From IMG/VR virus record IMGVR_UViG_2526164666_000046: a DNA stretch of 26,551 bases; one strand, 5' to 3'. Below, piece after piece: positions 24,834 through 26,551 of this stretch. The position numbers were made by a program, and so were the translations under genes. The stretch's first letter is position 1. Each line of letters opens with the position of its first letter. Below the pieces are notes generated by a model. It saw only the letters and a list, made by a program, of their open reading frames with translations, ran no database searches and was not told the origin of the DNA. This stretch comes from a virus (taxonomy: Duplodnaviria; Heunggongvirae; Uroviricota; Caudoviricetes).

Positions 24834-26551
24834 TTAGAACTCCACTCCATTGAACTGGATCACAAAATTAGCGCCATCTTTTATTAAATAGTTATCGCCT
24901 TCATCAGGTTCTGAATACCATATTTTATGATGTGCAACAGCAAGGTTTTCTCGACATAGATACAGACCTACCCCATGTCCATTTGCTCTTTTGCTATAAA
25001 ATAGTTCAAATAGTCGCGGGATATCATCGGTATCAATTGCCGGACCAGAATTTGCTATGATAACCAAAGAATTCACAAAACCAATCTTTATGAGCCTATT
25101 ATTTGACAGACTGACCCAATACATTGCATTGTTGATAATATTAGTAAAAACAGGATAGATCCTTAATGGTATATCTGTTATTGCGATTTGCTTAAACTCT
25201 TCACTAAATTCAATAGTTATTCGTTGCCGTTCGAAACGCTCCCCAAAGAACTTCAGGACATAATCCATGATATTTTTTCCAGTTATTCTCTGCCTGGATT
25301 GATAACCTGATATTTTCAAAGGTGATAAGAAACGTATTTGTTGAGTAAGCGATCTGTGAGCATTTAACGCCAATGAAAAACCAGGGTGTTCTTTTACAGA
25401 AGTAGGAAGAGAGTTTAGTCCTCTGGTTACCATAGAATCCATTTCTTCAAGTTCATGAGATATTATCTCAACACTAATACCTAACTGTGCAAGCGCGTTT
25501 AAACTTTTAGCTTTTTCTTCAAAATATGAGCGTTCTTCTTCAGATAATGAGAATGCTGAATCTAAGTTTATACCTTCAAATAATCTATCGAGACCTTTTA
25601 TTATTGATTGATATTTGAAAGTTAGGGTATCAACTGACTCAACATATAAACTATCGAGCAAATTAAACACATTTTCAATTTGTGAATCATTATCTATTGA
25701 ATCAACAACTGATATAGTTTTAGCATAATAATCACTTCGATCAACCTTTATTTCATCGGCCCATTTTTTTAAAAGAGAATGTATCTTCTCCTCTATCGTG
25801 TTATTAAACTTAGTTAGTTTAGAATTAATAATACCTTGATTTTTTCAAGGTGATTTTTCGCTGACAATGAAGGCTCAAGTTTATTTAATTCAGAATCAAG
25901 TTTATTAATTGCTAACTTCATTTGTAGAATATACGCAGAGAACTCATTAAATTTATCTCTGTAGTCTCTATATTTCTCTTCATACATTCCAAGTTTTGGA
26001 GGTTTGATAGGCGTTTTAATTTCACTGCGCAACGCATCTAAGTTTGTAAGATCACTGTCTATAATTTTAAGATAGTTTAAATCTAACGAACCATCAGTTT
26101 TATCAAGCTTAGTTTTCAGCCTTTTAACAGCCTCCAAGGAAGCATCAAGAACTGGTGTCTGATTCTTCAAAGCTTCTGAAAAACTTTTTTGTGTTGATTT
26201 TCGAGCTTGTTGTTGAGCAGATTTTCTTAACTCTTTTTCACGCTTAACTTGTTCTAAAAGCTCTTTACGGTCATCAGAACGTGAACCAAAAAATCTATCA
26301 GCAAGTTCAGTTAACAAATTAGATATAATAGTTTTCAGTTCTCTTGCAGCCTGGTTTCTTATGAATCCCTCTCTCCCCGACTTATCTTTCAGCTCTTTAT
26401 TACTGGATTGAGTAATTCCAATATAACCAAAAATCCTTCTATTAGACCAATAATATCGCCCTGCATTCCATGAACGTCTTTCTTCTATCTGGAAGAAATC
26501 ATTATCTACTCGACCATAAGGTAATACTCTCAAGCTATCCCTAAAAATCAT
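24834..26551 (-). CDS. Sensor histidine kinase (HisKA H-box + HATPase_c), 5'-partial at the window edge, reading frame interrupted at an A6 run
   Basis: Downstream part (frame open 25844..24834, no start codon) carries H-box IISHELEEM, N-box FTNIINNAMYW, G1 IANSGPAIDTDD, G2 GHGVGLYL. Upstream part (26551..25814, continues beyond window) ends 30 nt after the frame switch. One extra A in the minus-strand A6 run (plus 25840-25845) would fuse both into one ORF of at least 580 aa. Confidence 0.6.

Noticed and set aside
23234-26551. Calling the kinase/receiver pair a canonical Detocs system
   Set aside because: Canonical Detocs as I recall it has three genes including a stand-alone receiver buffer protein and usually a PNP-type effector; neither is visible here, so only the general architecture is comparable.

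Overview
This window reads as an Escherichia/Shigella-type chromosomal segment in three compositionally distinct parts, all judged by eye from the sequence and the ORF translations (no searches were run). (1) About 1-19,650: most of a lambdoid prophage. On the minus strand it runs cro-like, YdaT-like, an O-like replication gene with internal iterons, then RusA, a Dam-type methyltransferase, KilA-N and DUF968 proteins, Q, and a late-region NanS-p-like esterase. On the plus strand it has an S24-type cI repressor and an early-left operon (YfdQ-like, HD-domain, PAPS-reductase-like, DUF551) ending in xis-int. The prophage looks partly decayed (a TerB-like pseudogene, a disrupted esterase junction) and carries a very AT-rich three-gene cassette between Q and the late genes. 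(2) About 19,650-21,180: an AT-rich spacer with a four-helix membrane protein behind a leader-peptide/terminator arrangement, followed by a tmRNA (ssrA) 3'-end-like att fragment. (3) About 21,340-26,551: a P4-type integrase, then a very AT-rich minus-strand pair: a sensor histidine kinase (interrupted at an A6 run, 5' end beyond the window) and a receiver-domain protein fused to a ~400-aa domain I cannot assign. That kinase/receiver pair on an integrase-associated island is my lead candidate for an undescribed defence or signalling system (Detocs-like in architecture only); the Q-proximal cassette is the second candidate.
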